Below, in pieces: positions 21,688 to 34,600 of a stretch of DNA of 64,000 bases. Every line of letters starts with the position of its first letter. Position 1 is the stretch's first letter. The notes below the pieces were generated by a model, which was given only the letters and a program-made list of their open reading frames with translations, was not told the DNA's origin and searched no databases. Both the position numbers and the translations under genes were made by a program. This DNA comes from Amoebophrya sp. A120 (lineage: Eukaryota; Protista; Dinoflagellata), in NCBI GenBank assembly GCA_905178155.1, contig CAJINV010000008.1:1736001-1800000 (forward strand), read 5' to 3'.

Positions 21688-22860
21688 CTACTTATTCTCC
21701 ATCTCTGCCATCGCTGCTCGTGCTCGCCGGAGAGTGTTTCTCTTTGTAGACAGCACGGCCCGACGCGCCTCCAATTTCGTGATCGCCTGGAAGTGGATCT
21801 TCTTGCAGGGGTAGCAGAGCAGGTTCTGCGGAGTTGCCGCACCGCAAGTACAGTACGACAAATCCCCCAACTTGGGTCGCAGATTTATCAACCGCAAATA
21901 GGTCCTCTGGGTCTACAAAACGAGTGCCAGCTGGTGATAATCAAATCGAATGATGTCAGCACCAAGATTAGTGATACAAGACGGGCCCCATGCACTCGAA
22001 AGGATTAAGTACTTTTTCGACATTCGTCGTTGGTATTGCAATCAACTTGTTCATCATGCAGTAGCAGTCTATGACTTTAATACAACGCAAGTATCGCGCA
22101 CTTTTTCGACCCAGAGTTCTACATGTATGCGATGCATAAGCTGCTTCAGCTGTTCCTTTATGCTCTCAAGTTCGCGCGTCATTTCTTCGTCGGTCAAGCG
22201 TTTCAACGGCTTTTTGTCGGGCTTGCTGATAACCACCTGCTCCTCGTCCTCGTCCAGGTCTCCTTCGGTTTCCTCTGCGTCCTCGTCTTCCTCGTTTCCC
22301 AGGTCCAAACCAAGACTGAAGCGCTGTTTCTGATTTTTCATGCCATTCGTCTTGTAGAAGCTACTGGAGGCAGAGGTCGATGTCGTTGCAGAAGCCTGCT
22401 CTTGTTTACCCGGCAACGCGTTCTTCTTGACCGCAATGTTGCCATTGTACTTTGCGAGTAGGGTAGCCTTGTTCTTCAAAGAAGATGTTGCGGCATTTGC
22501 GCTGCTGTTCTTGCGACCAAAAGCGGAAAACTTCTGGGGCGACGGAGGCGAGCGGCCCGTGTAATCCGCCAAGGGAGCCCGAGCCGGCACACGACCCACA
22601 TTCTTGTCCCCCGAGCTGCTCGACACTTGGCCTTGGTCCAGAATCGCATTACCGCTGCGGGGCAAGAACTGGTCCGCCAGAACTATAAAATGCAAAAAAG
22701 CATCTTCCCATGCGTTCTTCTACTTGTTGCAGAACCGACCTTGGACTAAATCTAAAAGTAAAAAGCCTAGAGGAACATATAGAACCAAATCATTCGTCTT
22801 TGCAGATTCTCTCTTTTGGACTTCGTCTGCCGGGCGATGAAGTCCTGTCGTGTACCTCAT
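21688..22860 (-). CDS. Hypothetical protein (~299 aa, 4 exons) with a C-terminal CxC...CxxC motif
   Basis: ATG 22860 (MRYTTGLHRP). Introns of 102 nt (DR AGAAC 22679/22781), 89 nt (DR ACTTTTTCGAC 22011/22100) and ~82 nt give one continuous frame ending YCTCG...LCYPCKK...MENK*. Confidence 0.6.
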
Positions 22861-24343
22861 AGAGCGACACTTCTCGTGTTTCAGTTTCTTTTTTTTTTTT
22901 GTAACATAGGCGTAGGCGTAGCCTTAAACTTATAAAGATCACAAAAGCAACTCCAGATCGGAATTGTGTTGATGTTGATCGGAGTTCGCTGCCGTCGTGG
23001 TCTTCACAGGTCCAGGGACAAGTTCTGTGGGTGCGATCCCGGGATCCAATCGCTGCAAAATTTCTCCAGCAACGTCTGAGCAGTGGTCTCCCTCTCCACT
23101 CCGCTGGCTACGGTTGCTCGCACGGGACCCGGTACGGAGTGAGCAACACCACCGTGGCAAGAAAACCTTTTTAGCTGCGCATAGGTTCTGTCGCCAATTG
23201 ACAGCGTTGCATCGGTTCGCCGCTACGTCGTCCCAACGTATGCAAGTCGTTATCGGTAGTGAGGCCTTACCTTGTGCATACTAAAAAGTGCTTCCAGAGG
23301 GAAAGTAAGACAAGCCCCTACCCGGTGGACCTGCCTGCATCCCCCTTGGCACTCCTATTACACTACCTCGCCCCCTGACACCTCCTATCTATCCTAAAGG
23401 ACGGGAAAACGACCAGCCGAGTCTTTGCAATTTTGTGGACTCTAGAGCTAAAGCGTGTTGCTACTGCCAGCAATGTAGCAACGCAACTCTTTTCTCTTTT
23501 TCGGACTGTGAATCATTCATACTTCCTGACTTTTTGGTAATATTCCAACTCGCATGCGCAGGCCCCATTTGTAGTCCCTCGTTATCTTTTGCACACGTTT
23601 GCGGATGGTCCATCATCATCCTCTCCCTCACCATTTTCATAATTCCACTTTTTATTTCTCGCGCAATTCTGTCTGCTGACACCGTCTCATCCTCGTTATC
23701 ATTTCGCTCCTCTTCCTACAGATTCATGCTGCTGCACTACTTGATGGCAATGGCAATGCTCGCGAAAAGAAAAGGCTTGCTCGCCCTTTGCGGTCATGGA
23801 ACTTTCCTCCCCTCCCTTTCTTTCGTGACTTATTCTTTCGCAGCCACTTGACTTTTATTTCAATTTGCACATATACATAATTCCATTTTCATTGTTTACA
23901 AAAAAAGAAGACGGTATGGCTGCCATTGAAAATTTTCCGTGAAGAAATGAAGTGTCATCATGATGGTGTGGCTTTGGGCTGAAGGTCTGACTTTCATTAA
24001 ATCGCTACAACCCTGAATATTTTGCCATCAGTCGTTTTTTGCATTTCATGTTGAAAGCAGCCACATTAGATAGTGCATTTTTTTGTTTGCACGCCAGCCA
24101 AGCCAAAGCTTTGCTCTGAGTATTTTTCCCTTCTTAGAGCAAGTTCGTGGGTGATATGCATGGGACCTTCTGCGCCTCCAGCAGTCCGTGCTCTACTGGG
24201 GTCGGGGCTGCTCGGCTCAGCTCCCGAACATTAGGATTTTTTGAAAAATTCTTTGTTTCTTGGTCGCGTCGCTGCGCTGCCTAATGTGCACCACTACCTC
24301 TACCTAGGTGTGAAGCTTGATAAGATCGGGATCCGTTTTTGTT

Positions 24344-26514
24344 TTATGAAGATGATGGGAAGATCGGTTTAAAATTTGTGCAGTGGATAGAAACACCCTT
24401 ATTTTTGTTCGGGTTGTCGGGGTTCTTCAGGTCCATCTTCGGGTACGCCGCTTCCTCGAACACGAACACTTCCTTCTCCCAGTTCTTGCGCTGCGCGATG
24501 GCCTTCTGTCGGCACTCTTCGAGCGCCAGCTCCAGCCCTTCCGGGTCGTCCTCATACTCTCGGTCGTCAATCGTGAAAGACCGCGTCACGGGGCGGGCGT
24601 GGCGGCCGCCGCCGGCGGTGGCCGGTCCGGTGAAGCTCTTGCAGGAGATATTCGCGACCCAGCCCTTGCGGTGCGGGGCGTTTTGAAAGTCGGCCCACCG
24701 GACCCCCAGCACGCCGCTCTTGCGGTTAGTCGCTTTCAACTCCTTCTGCACGTGGCCGGCCGCAGCCATCTTCTCCCGGTGGTCCCGGATAAAGTTCACG
24801 GCCACCGCCATGGCTCGTTTCTGCGCCTTCTCCGCGCGTTCCTCCTCCGAATCCCGCAGGTCCACGTAGTGCTTGCAGTTGAACCACTTGTTGTGCCGAC
24901 GGCCCTGCAGGTCCTTGTAGTTCGCGCACCAGATCTTCTGGCTGATGCGGTCCCCGCGGTTGATGAAGGTGACCCCGGGCTCGGAGCAGGTGACCGGCGA
25001 GACACGCACGACCTGCTTTTTGATCAGATCCGGGTCGCCGGCCAGTTGCAGACGCTTGATCGGGTCCTTGATCACGTGCTTGTATTTCCACAAAGTTTCC
25101 TGCTGCGCCGTTGCCAACTCCACGCACAGCTCCTTCGTCTTGCCGTCCGGCGCCTTCACGCACAACTTATCGCCGACCTTCACCGCGCACGCCTGGATTT
25201 CCACGCCCGACTTCAGGACGATACTCTCCGCTTCGACCTTCCGCGCCTTGTTGTACATCTTCCCCCGCTTCACAAACGCCATCTTCCTCGACTTGTGCTT
25301 CTTGACCACAGGTTGTTCATCTGCTGCCGGTGCTGGTGCTTCTCCTGCTGCCTTCTTGGACGAACCACTGACAACATTCGACGTGTTGGCTTCTTTGGAG
25401 GACTTCGCGTAGTTGGTTGTGGACTTCTTGGGGTACTTCATATCTCGCTTCCCGACAATCGCCGTCTTCTTCGTGGCCAGCTCCCCGGCGTTCTTGGCGT
25501 TCATGTACAGGTTGTACCCGGAAATGGCCTTTTGCTTCTTCGACGACGAGTCAGCTTTTTTCACTGTCACGGCCGGTTTTTTATTGGTTTTACCGCCCAG
25601 GAGACCACGCGGCTTGTTTTCACTGGTGTTGTAGTCCTTCTGATCTTCGTATTTTTGCTCGTCAACCTCCTCCTCAGCTTGGTGATCCATGTTACCGTCT
25701 TCCCAGTCGTCCCAGTAGCTGCCATAGTCGAACTTATCCAAAACAAAAGTTCGTTTAGTGTAAAAGGTGGAACCAAGTCGCATTAAACTTCTAAGACCTT
25801 CCCTGAAGCAGGCCCGTTTTTGCGAGTGTCAAAGTTCTTTTGTTTTATGCCGTTCCATGAAAAAATTGCCTTTCGCAACAGCAAGGAAACAAACCCCATC
25901 AATTTCAAATCTCTCTGATAATAGTGAATCCTACGAGGGACGATACACTTCGGCTTGAGAGGAGGAACAATGGACCTATGCAATACATATTTGTTACCCT
26001 ACAACCCACGAACTTTTTTCTAGGAGGATAGTCTTCGTCCCATTCCCACTCTTCCTCCTCGTCGCCGTACCTGTTAAAGTTAATGTTCATGAAATACTTC
26101 GTTAAAGCTATTGCACCACAAGGACATTTCCGGTTGTCCGGAAGAGCTTTTTGGCTCATACTAAGTAACTCACTAAACTGTACTATGCATACTACCTTAC
26201 ATACTAGACTTGCAGGCTACCACGTATGCAACGCGCAATCAGCGAGACAACGCTTTCTGATTCTGATAGTGCTTGTTATTCATTGTAAGTAATTGTTTTT
26301 GTTTCGTATTTTTGCATGAGATCGACAGGAATAACATGTCAATCAACTGCCAGCAAAGAATTGCGTCGTGATACCAGTTGGCGTTGCTCCACTTGTCTTT
26401 CGACGCAGTGGTGGACCACAGTTTCTTCAGCTTTTCCTTATCCCCTCCCTGCAGCCCCAGCTTTTTTTTGTTTCCGCTGAAGGCCGAAGTGGCGGACGAG
26501 TTACCTTTCTTCAT
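24344..26514 (-). CDS. AP2-domain (ApiAP2-like) DNA-binding protein; main exon ~25750-24344, two tentative upstream exons
   Basis: Two AP2-like domains: EPGVTF...IWCANYKD...NKWFNCKHY...AQKRAMAVAVNF and SGVLGVRW...KGWVANI...TRSFTI...CRQKAIAQRK. Upstream joins via DR TAAGTAA (124 nt) and DR TTCG (199 nt) are in frame but less certain. Confidence 0.75.
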
Positions 26515-27231
26515 CTTGAAAGAATGGTAGTTGTGTGAAGGATAGCGTTACTAGCCGTGCGGTAAAGTAATTGCAGCAGCTGCTAGACGAGCTGTTTACT
26601 ATTTCTCTGTTGCTTACAACTGTCCTCAACGCAAGCAGCTCGTTGTGACTGGGGCAGCGGCGAACGCTTACTTACGTAGTTATGATCACAGCAACAATTG
26701 TTGTTGAACATCAAGCAAGCATAAATTCATCTACAAAACTGGCGCCGGCGACCACGAGATTGAGCATCGCTGTCGTCGATGTTCCACACAGAAGGCTGGC
26801 ACCCTCAGACTTCGAACAAGAGCTGCTAAGACCCCACATCTCGACATCAGCTACTCACCACTCACGATATTGCGAACGAAGTACGACGTCCCAGTCCCAT
26901 CTTTTCCTTTAGCATCTATTTCCAGAAGTAGGAAGTACAAGTACCAGAAATCAAAGGAACAGAGGGTGTACCTAGGCAGAGGCACGATCCTTTTCTATCA
27001 GCCTAGCCAAAGAACACAATAGCAATCAATATCTTGGTTCCGATAAAGCGGAACTCGACTGACTCACTGCCGCGAGGGATAGATTTCATGAAAAAAACGC
27101 AGTAAAGCAAGCATCTCTGTGCGAATCATTCTGCATGGAGGAAATAACACTTTGTCACGACTTCATCAACAGGCTATGAAGAAGTTCTACGATCCACATC
27201 CCGCCGGCGTGATTTTTCCACCAACACAAGC

Positions 27232-30200
27232 TTACTTCTTCGCCTCTCCTAGCCTCTGCAAGTAATATTCCACTGGCACGATGGCATCAAGGGCCGCATA
27301 CTCTATCCAAATATCTTCCATGGGTCGCACTTCCCAGTTCAGCATTGTAATCTCCTTGGACAACGGCTTGCCGTAGACCGTTTTCGCCAAGTCGGCCAAA
27401 CTCCTATCAAAAGGAAAAATCCCCCCTCCCAATATCAAAAGGAAGTTTCTGATGCCAGATTTGCGCACACAAATCAGGTCTGTCTTGCAGTAGAGGACTG
27501 CAGGCCCATACCAAGCTTAGGTAGAAGGGTTTTGACGTAGGCCCGTAGCATAGCAAATATGTACTTTGTAGGCCCCATAGCATCACAAACCGTCTGCATA
27601 ATGCGGCGGAGTCTCTGGATTGGCCTTCTTGCAATACAGAGACGATTTGTGGCCACAAACCAGCATCACAAATCTTCAGAAGTATCACTTTTTGATATGG
27701 GGAGGGGGGATTTTTCCTCTCAATAACTCCCCCGCTTGCCCTTCTCGTCCTTCGGGATGGAATCCAGAATGTCAATAAACTTGTGCCCGTGCTGAAAAGC
27801 GGTCGACTTCGGTAGTGCGCCGGGTGTAGAAGAGGACAGGTGGCGTAATCCTCCACTTGTTCTAGTTTCACCGGGGTTCGTGCTTCCCGCGGTTGTGGCG
27901 GATGATGACTTGCGCTTGCCACTCTTTTTACCACTTACCACCTCCGAAGACTCAGAAGCGCCGGCGGGGGCCTTCGCTCTGGTTGTAGTTCTGCTATCGA
28001 GGTGGTTCATTTCGCTTGCAAAAACCGCCGGGTCGTGATCCGCAGGCACCGCCTCCGTCTCTTGTTCCCGTTGTCCGCGCTCAGGAGCAACTCGCGCAGC
28101 ATCTGGCGGTAAGATTAATATTCCGTCCCGTAAACTACTCTTCGGCGGGAGCCTGTCGTCCAGCTGCAGGCGGACCTGCAACGCCTCCAAATCGTTCTTC
28201 AGGCCGAAGCCCACCAATTTCACCGTCGGATCGGCGTCTCCGAGGCTCTGCAACTCCTCGGCGCTCCGTGGCGCGTGGCAAGCGTTGAATAAAAAATCCA
28301 GAAACCGGTCCCGCTTTTCCAGAAAATCACGCCGCACGTCCACGGCCACTCCTGCAGCTGCTGCTGGTCCCCCTGCTCCTTCAGTTGTAGGCGTAGTCCT
28401 GACGCCCGAAACCAGCTTACCTCGGTGGCAGCACAAGTCCACGACCCAGCACTCTTTTCGCTTCGGAAACGCCAACTGCAAAATCGCAGCCGCGCCCTGG
28501 CCGCCCTTGCGAAACTCGGGCCGCCACTCTGTGTCGAACCCAACAATCTTCTCCTCCTCAAAAATGCTGCAATCAACCTCCTCGATGGTCTTCACGTGCA
28601 ACGAGTACTGGAAATCCTCCTTCGCGGTCAGATATTGCGCTGAGTCGAGTTGCTTCGCATACTCGTGAACAAATGTTGTCGGCGCGGAATTCTGATTCTT
28701 CCCCGCGGCCACAGCTGCAGCTCGCGCGTTCAATCTGACTCGCAGGTCCGCCATCGTGATGCTGCTGTAGTGCTCGTCTTGCTCTACTAGTGCAGCTCCG
28801 TTTGTAGAAGCGGATGTTGTACCTGCTCCGCCTGGGAAGAATGTCGTCCCCAAATCCGTGACTGCCGCAGCACCCCTCCGCGCGTTTTCTTGTAGCAGAT
28901 GTAAAAATTCGGTGCGCGAGTCCTCCAAATTTTTGACAAATGAATTCGGGCCGTTGCCCATCTGCTTGGCAAGCCGGACCACCTCGTTGTGAAAGGAAAT
29001 GCGGTGGTCAAACGGCCGCCGGGGATCGAGCAGCGTGAAGCTCAAGACGTGCTCCCAATACTCTTTCAAATTCAGCTGCTTTAAGTAGTACCGCATTCCG
29101 TTGAGTTCCTGTTTGTGAAAGAGCGTCCCGATCTCCGCTTCCTTCAAGTCGAACCGGCGGACGAGGTCCATGGTCGGCTCGGGCTGCGACTGAACCAACG
29201 CAATTTTCAGATCCCGCACGACACGGTCGAGGGCGGCGGCCTCCGAGTCCAGAGCGAGCATCTGCCTCTGCTTGTCGGCCTCGTCTTTGATCCCGAACTT
29301 AAAGATGGACTGTCGGGCAGCGAGGAAAACCTCGTCCACAGACTTGGTAAAGTGGTCAATCAGCCTCTCCGCCAGTTTCAGGTTTGACGGCGCCACGTTC
29401 TCGATGCACTCGCGATTGATGTGCGCGTTCAGATTCTCAAGCCGCTTCCGCATCTCCTGGAGTGTCTTGTTCGGTGGGGGCGAAAAATTTCTCTTAGTTG
29501 CACCGTCGGGCAAAGTCGTAGCTGTGGCACCATTTACAATAGCACAATTTTTCGTAGCAAAGCTGCAGCAGCAAACCGCGAACCCGTACGCTGCCCAGCC
29601 GTCGGCGTAAGAAAAGTCGATCAGAGTCTTGGCAACGTGCTCTTGGTCGTAGGGTTTGCGGTTGCAAGCCTCAAACAGCAGGTAATACGCTTCCCAGGAG
29701 GGGAAGTGAAAGTGTGCAGGTGTGCCGTTTGTCTGAGCCTGGTTCTGGTAGTCGTAATTATAGACCTGGCCGGCCTGCTGATGTGAACCAAATGCCGTTG
29801 CGGACGCACTCGCAGCTGTAGGTGTTGTTGAAAATGGGTTGGGCTTGCGCTCCTGGGCCGGGTGAAACTCAAAGTTCTGTAGTGATGTCGTCGCGGAAGT
29901 AGAACTGGCGTTCTGGGCAGAGAGTTGCTGCTTGTCCTTCCAAACAGAAATATCAAAATCCTCATCGTCCTCCGCGTTTTGTTGCCCTTCAATGTCCTCA
30001 CTCATCATGTTGCTAAGCACAGACATTGCCATTGATGTTCCCTGTCTGTTGCCAATATTCAAATTCAGGATCTTTGCCCTGCCTTTGCTGCTTGTCCTCT
30101 TAGTACTCCGCTCCTGCATTTGATCTTCCTGCTTTGCGGTTTGCAGAAAAAATATGTGTTCTCCAAGCATGTCGGCGAATTGCTTGGCGTGAGGAAAACT

Positions 30201-30743
30201 TCTCTTGCTGGCACTGCTCGCGCCGTTATTAAGAGTTTTACCAGCAAACAGCTGATGCGAGCAAAGTGCAACATGCTCCGCTAGAAACTCGGCGAGTATC
30301 TTGCACACGAAAAACGATGGTTTCAGGGTAATCACTTGGAACAGATTTGCCAGCTGCGTGCCGAGTTGGCTCTGATAATCATCAGAAATCGTTCCTGCTT
30401 CGGCGGAGAAGACACCTTCCGCAGCAGGATTAGTGTTGGTCCTGCTGCTTACAGCGGATGCTGCTTCCACTCCAGCGCGGCCGGGGAAAAAAATGTCTTC
30501 CAACTTTCCTCTCAGCTCCGCAACCGGGTTAGCAGAGTTGCCGTGATAGTTGTTGTGGTCCTTTCTCTTATTCCCTCGGTAGTTGTTTCGCTTGTTGTTT
30601 TTTCGAAAGCCATTGTGCTGCTTGCCGCCCGTCCAGTGCTGGTTAGGGTTCCAGCTTCCGTCTACCACCATATTATTTACCGCCATGTTGTTCTGTCCGC
30701 CGGCGCGATGTGAGGAGCTCGTGGCACCACCCGTAGTGGCCAT
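27232..30743 (-). CDS. Mut-7/EXD3-like DEDDy 3'-5' exonuclease (~1,060 aa, 2 exons)
   Basis: ExoI VGFDTEWRP and ILQLAF; ExoII KLVGFGLKNDL; after intron removal GSLADLAKTVYGKPLSK...NWEVRP...IEYAALDA (ExoIII). Confidence 0.9.
27405..27725 (-). mobile_element. Introner, TAT...ATA termini, 5-bp DR ACTCC
   Basis: Inverted repeat AGGAAAAATCCCCCCTCCC.ATATCAAAA. 326-nt removal gives KRG/SLADL and is required to complete the exonuclease domain. Confidence 0.93.
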
Positions 30744-31626
30744 GATAACGTGCGAATATCTAAGTCCTGTGTTTGCGAACAGCTAGATAATCATAGCTGT
30801 GAGAGTCCTAGTATCCCAGTACGCATGCAACAGTCAATAGGCGTACTACGAGAAAACTAAGTAAGTACTTCACGATAGGATAGCCTGAAAATAGAGGGAC
30901 GTCTTGCGAGCACCAGAAATAGCAGAGCGGAGGCGAACTCGTCCAGAAAAAAATTGTGTATCAAAAAGCGCAAGAGGATCGGTATCGCACGGCTGAATTT
31001 AAGTCTGCAAAGCCAAACTAAGTGAAGCACCATCGAAAAATAGGATATCTTTAACTCGGTGATCATCAGTACTAGATCCCGGACTTGTAATATGTCATCA
31101 GGGTTGGAGTTCTGTGGTTCTACTGACTTTGAACGTCTGCTGCAGTTTCCGCTTTTCAGTGCGATCCGTCTGTCACAAGAAGTAATGTAAAATCGTTATC
31201 GCGGATGCAGATCTTCATTTTTACACGAACAGTACACCAGCAATCGCGGAGGCTTCACTACAGAGGCTTGCACCAACAACTCCTTGCGGGTAGCTGCACC
31301 CACGCAAGACTCGTACTTATCCAGGTCAAAGCACTGGACAGTTTAGCTGGCTATAAGCTTCGCCTTTTTCATTTAAGGTGCCTCATGCGCCATCATCTCC
31401 ACTGCCACATGGCTGAGTCCGAGCAGTCGGAGCTCCTTTTAGAAGTCCTGAAACTGAAACATTTTGATGTTGAATCGTCCAGTCAACATCTTCGTCCACT
31501 CTTGTTCATTAATGACGCATAGTGTTGTTGAAATCCAAATCATACACAGAAGACGCGCTTAGATAGAATTAGTAGGCTCGCTTCGTTCTTCGAACTTTAT
31601 TGAAGCTCCATAAAACGAGGATCTCG

Positions 31627-34600
31627 CTACCGACTATGCTGCACGGAATGCCAGTCCGGTGGCTCCTTCCCGACCACGAACGCCGCGCCGGCGGTGTTAG
31701 AGTTCTTGTCGCCGTAGTCGTTATCCCACAAATCCTCCTCGCTGGTGTATCCACCGCTCTCGTCCGATGATTCTGGAGGTTCGCCCTGCGCAAGAAATTC
31801 CTCCACGAGCGAACTTCGCGGACTCATTCTGCTACTCTTGTTGCGCTTCGTGCTGCCGGGTGGATCTTGTTTACTATTCAACATGTTCTGCTGGTAGTTA
31901 TTCGAGGATGCTCTCGAGGATCGCGCCGTCCCGGTGGCGTCAAGATCTTCATTTCCTTGCTGCGCAGTTATTGTCATGTCGCCTTCCGGTTGTATTGATC
32001 CGCGTTCTTGTAGCTCTCCTGCTCCTGCGACGAAGAACTGCTCCACCTGCTTCCTTTCCCGCACTTTGTTCTGTAGGTACGACGTCACTGTGATTGCCGG
32101 AATCTTGCGCTGCCACTTGGCGAAACACGCCTGCGCAGCTTTTTTCCGCCGCTCCGAGAGGGCTGCATTGTGCCGGTTTTTGGCGCGCAACGTCTCCGCG
32201 AGGGACATAGACTTCGGCAAAATCAGCTCCGGCTCTAAACTGTCAACCGCTTCCGCAACGTGGGAGGGAGCAGAGCTGCCGGGTGCCGATAGAGAACTGC
32301 TAGCGGCGGAAAGGGAACTTTGCTGCTGCTGAAGTCCACCCGGTGGAACATCTTCTTCCAAACCGAAATCGTCCTCGTCGTGGTCCTCATCGTCTGTAAT
32401 ACCAGCTATAGCAGGCGCATCGCCAGACGTGACTCTTTTCTTGCTTTTCACCACATCGTTCTTGCCCTTCGCAGCAGAAGAGGACGTACGACGAGCCATG
32501 TCAACATGACGACCGCTGCTCCGCCGTTTTTGATCTCTAGGTGGAATCGGTGCCTCTACGACGAACCCGGTGCCATCAGAGTCCAGATCGTAAATGCTGC
32601 CCTGCTTCTTTTGTCCCCCCTTCGTGGTCGCCGCAGACGATCCTTTCGCAGCCTGTGAAGCTGTAGATACTGGCTCTTTTCCAAAACGACCTTTCTTGCT
32701 CAAGTTCACTGCATCCAGAAGCGAAACAAGCGGCGGCACTGCGGAGGGTTTCCTTGTTCGTCTAGAGGCGCTTTTATCTTCCCCTTTTCCTTTCGACAAA
32801 CCCGTGCTGGCACGCCGGGCGTTTTCTTTCCCGATTTGTTTCACAACATCTTGAAACTTCTCGGAGTCTATGGGCGATGAGAATTCATTTGCGGCAACAT
32901 CCTGTTGGTCGAAAGGACCGCGCGTCACTTCGCCTCCTTGCTGATCGCGTGCGCTTTCGGCATCTCCAACATCAGCGTCGCTTTCCACATCCTCCGCGGA
33001 CTCGTCATCATCATCCTCTACTGGTAGGGGAAGCTCAACCAGAAGGTCGGGAGAAAAATCATGGCTCTCAACAACTGGCGACGAAATGGAGCTGTCGCTG
33101 CGTTGTCGCGGCGGCATAAAGTCCTCTGAGATGCCTCTTCCAGAAATTGACTCCGCTGCTGCTTCTCGAGGAGCTGCACACGAATTTTGGTTTCCGCCAT
33201 TTGCAGTTCCGGGGCTAGACGGGGTGCGCTTGGAAAGATTTGATTTTTTCGAAATCTCGTCCTCACCGGCAAGGACCGCGCGATCTACCAGAGCGCGTGC
33301 TGACGTCTGCAGCGACGTGGCGATCGTACTTTTTCTCGGCTTATTTGAAGTCGCTTTATTGTTTTCAGCACCACCGGATCGAAACTCGAACTCCTCGTCT
33401 TCAGCGAAGAACACGTCACTAGCCCCAGACCCTACCGAATGTTGACCTGCGTCTCCTCCTGCTCTCTCGTGGTCGTCTCGTGCCTTGTTCGCCAGAAGCT
33501 CAAGCTGGGACCCCTCGAGTCGCGAAGCCCCGAAGATCCCGCGGTCTGCTGCAGTTGTGCCTTGATGTTCCTCCGTTGCTGGGAAAGTTTCATCTTGCGC
33601 ATGATCATGTGCTGATCCAGCAGCTCCACCGCTGTTGACGAGCGCGTCCATCATGTTGCGACTCACCTGCAGCAGCGTTCGCGTTTCCGGCGAAAAAACA
33701 TCTGCCAGATTCTTGTTAAGAGCACTACTAGTTGATGTTGGCGAGTAGCTCTTTACTCCACCGATCATGGCGCCAGATTGACTTTTTATCAAAGGCGCTG
33801 TCAGAGATGAAGATCGGCTCGCCGGCACGGACGGGTGGAACCTATTCGACGGCACAGTACTATTGTGCGGCGAAGCAGGGCCAGGAACAACCGTGCGCGC
33901 CGGCCGATCGCTGTCAGAAGATCTTTCTCTTCTTTTCCCCACTTCTTCCGACCCCGCCATGTACAGCAGATTGGTGATCTCCAGCCCCAGTCCCTCGAGC
34001 TGCACTAGCAACGCCTGGGCCTCTTTCGGGTACAGATTTTCAAACGCATGCAGCACCTCCCACAAGTCCCACTTCTCCACCGGAAGTCGCAACTTCTCTA
34101 GCTCCCGCACACTCTCCATAGCAGCTTTCACCTGCAGAGGAATTTTTGTCTTTGCTTGACTTGTTGACTGCGTGTCCGCGTGCGTGTTTCGAGGTAGATG
34201 ACCCAAGCTGTCCTTCTCCGCCGTTGAGGAGTTTGACGAAGAACCGTCTTCAACACCTTCAAACCGCTCCAGCATTTTCTTCCGCACTTGCTTCAGGAAA
34301 CTTTCGTACCGCACGGTTGGGGGCCGCACGTAGACGTCGTCTAGGGAACTGAAATCAGAAACCTCCGATGAACTTGCCTTCGAGCTGGCAGCTTTCGAGA
34401 AGGGAGCCGGAACTGCTGACGTGGTTGCTACAAGAGGGCTGGTTGCGTTTTTCGATGTCGCAAGCCTTCCAGAAGCTGCACTGGGAATATCTTTTCCAAC
34501 CGAATTCTGTGCTGAGTTGCGGTCCTCACGACCGTGGTGATTCTTGCCACTGCTGTTGAAGAGAAACTCTGGGTGCGCCGTCCCGGTCTGGCGTTCGACC

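Noticed and set aside
24130-24250. GC-rich stem followed by ATTTTTTG (Sm-site-like), possible snRNA or SL RNA
   Set aside because: No match to U1/U2/U4/U5/U6 or dinoflagellate spliced-leader hallmark sequences that I could recognise.
24383-25786. 467-aa plus-strand ORF
   Set aside because: Antisense shadow of the GC3-rich AP2 gene.
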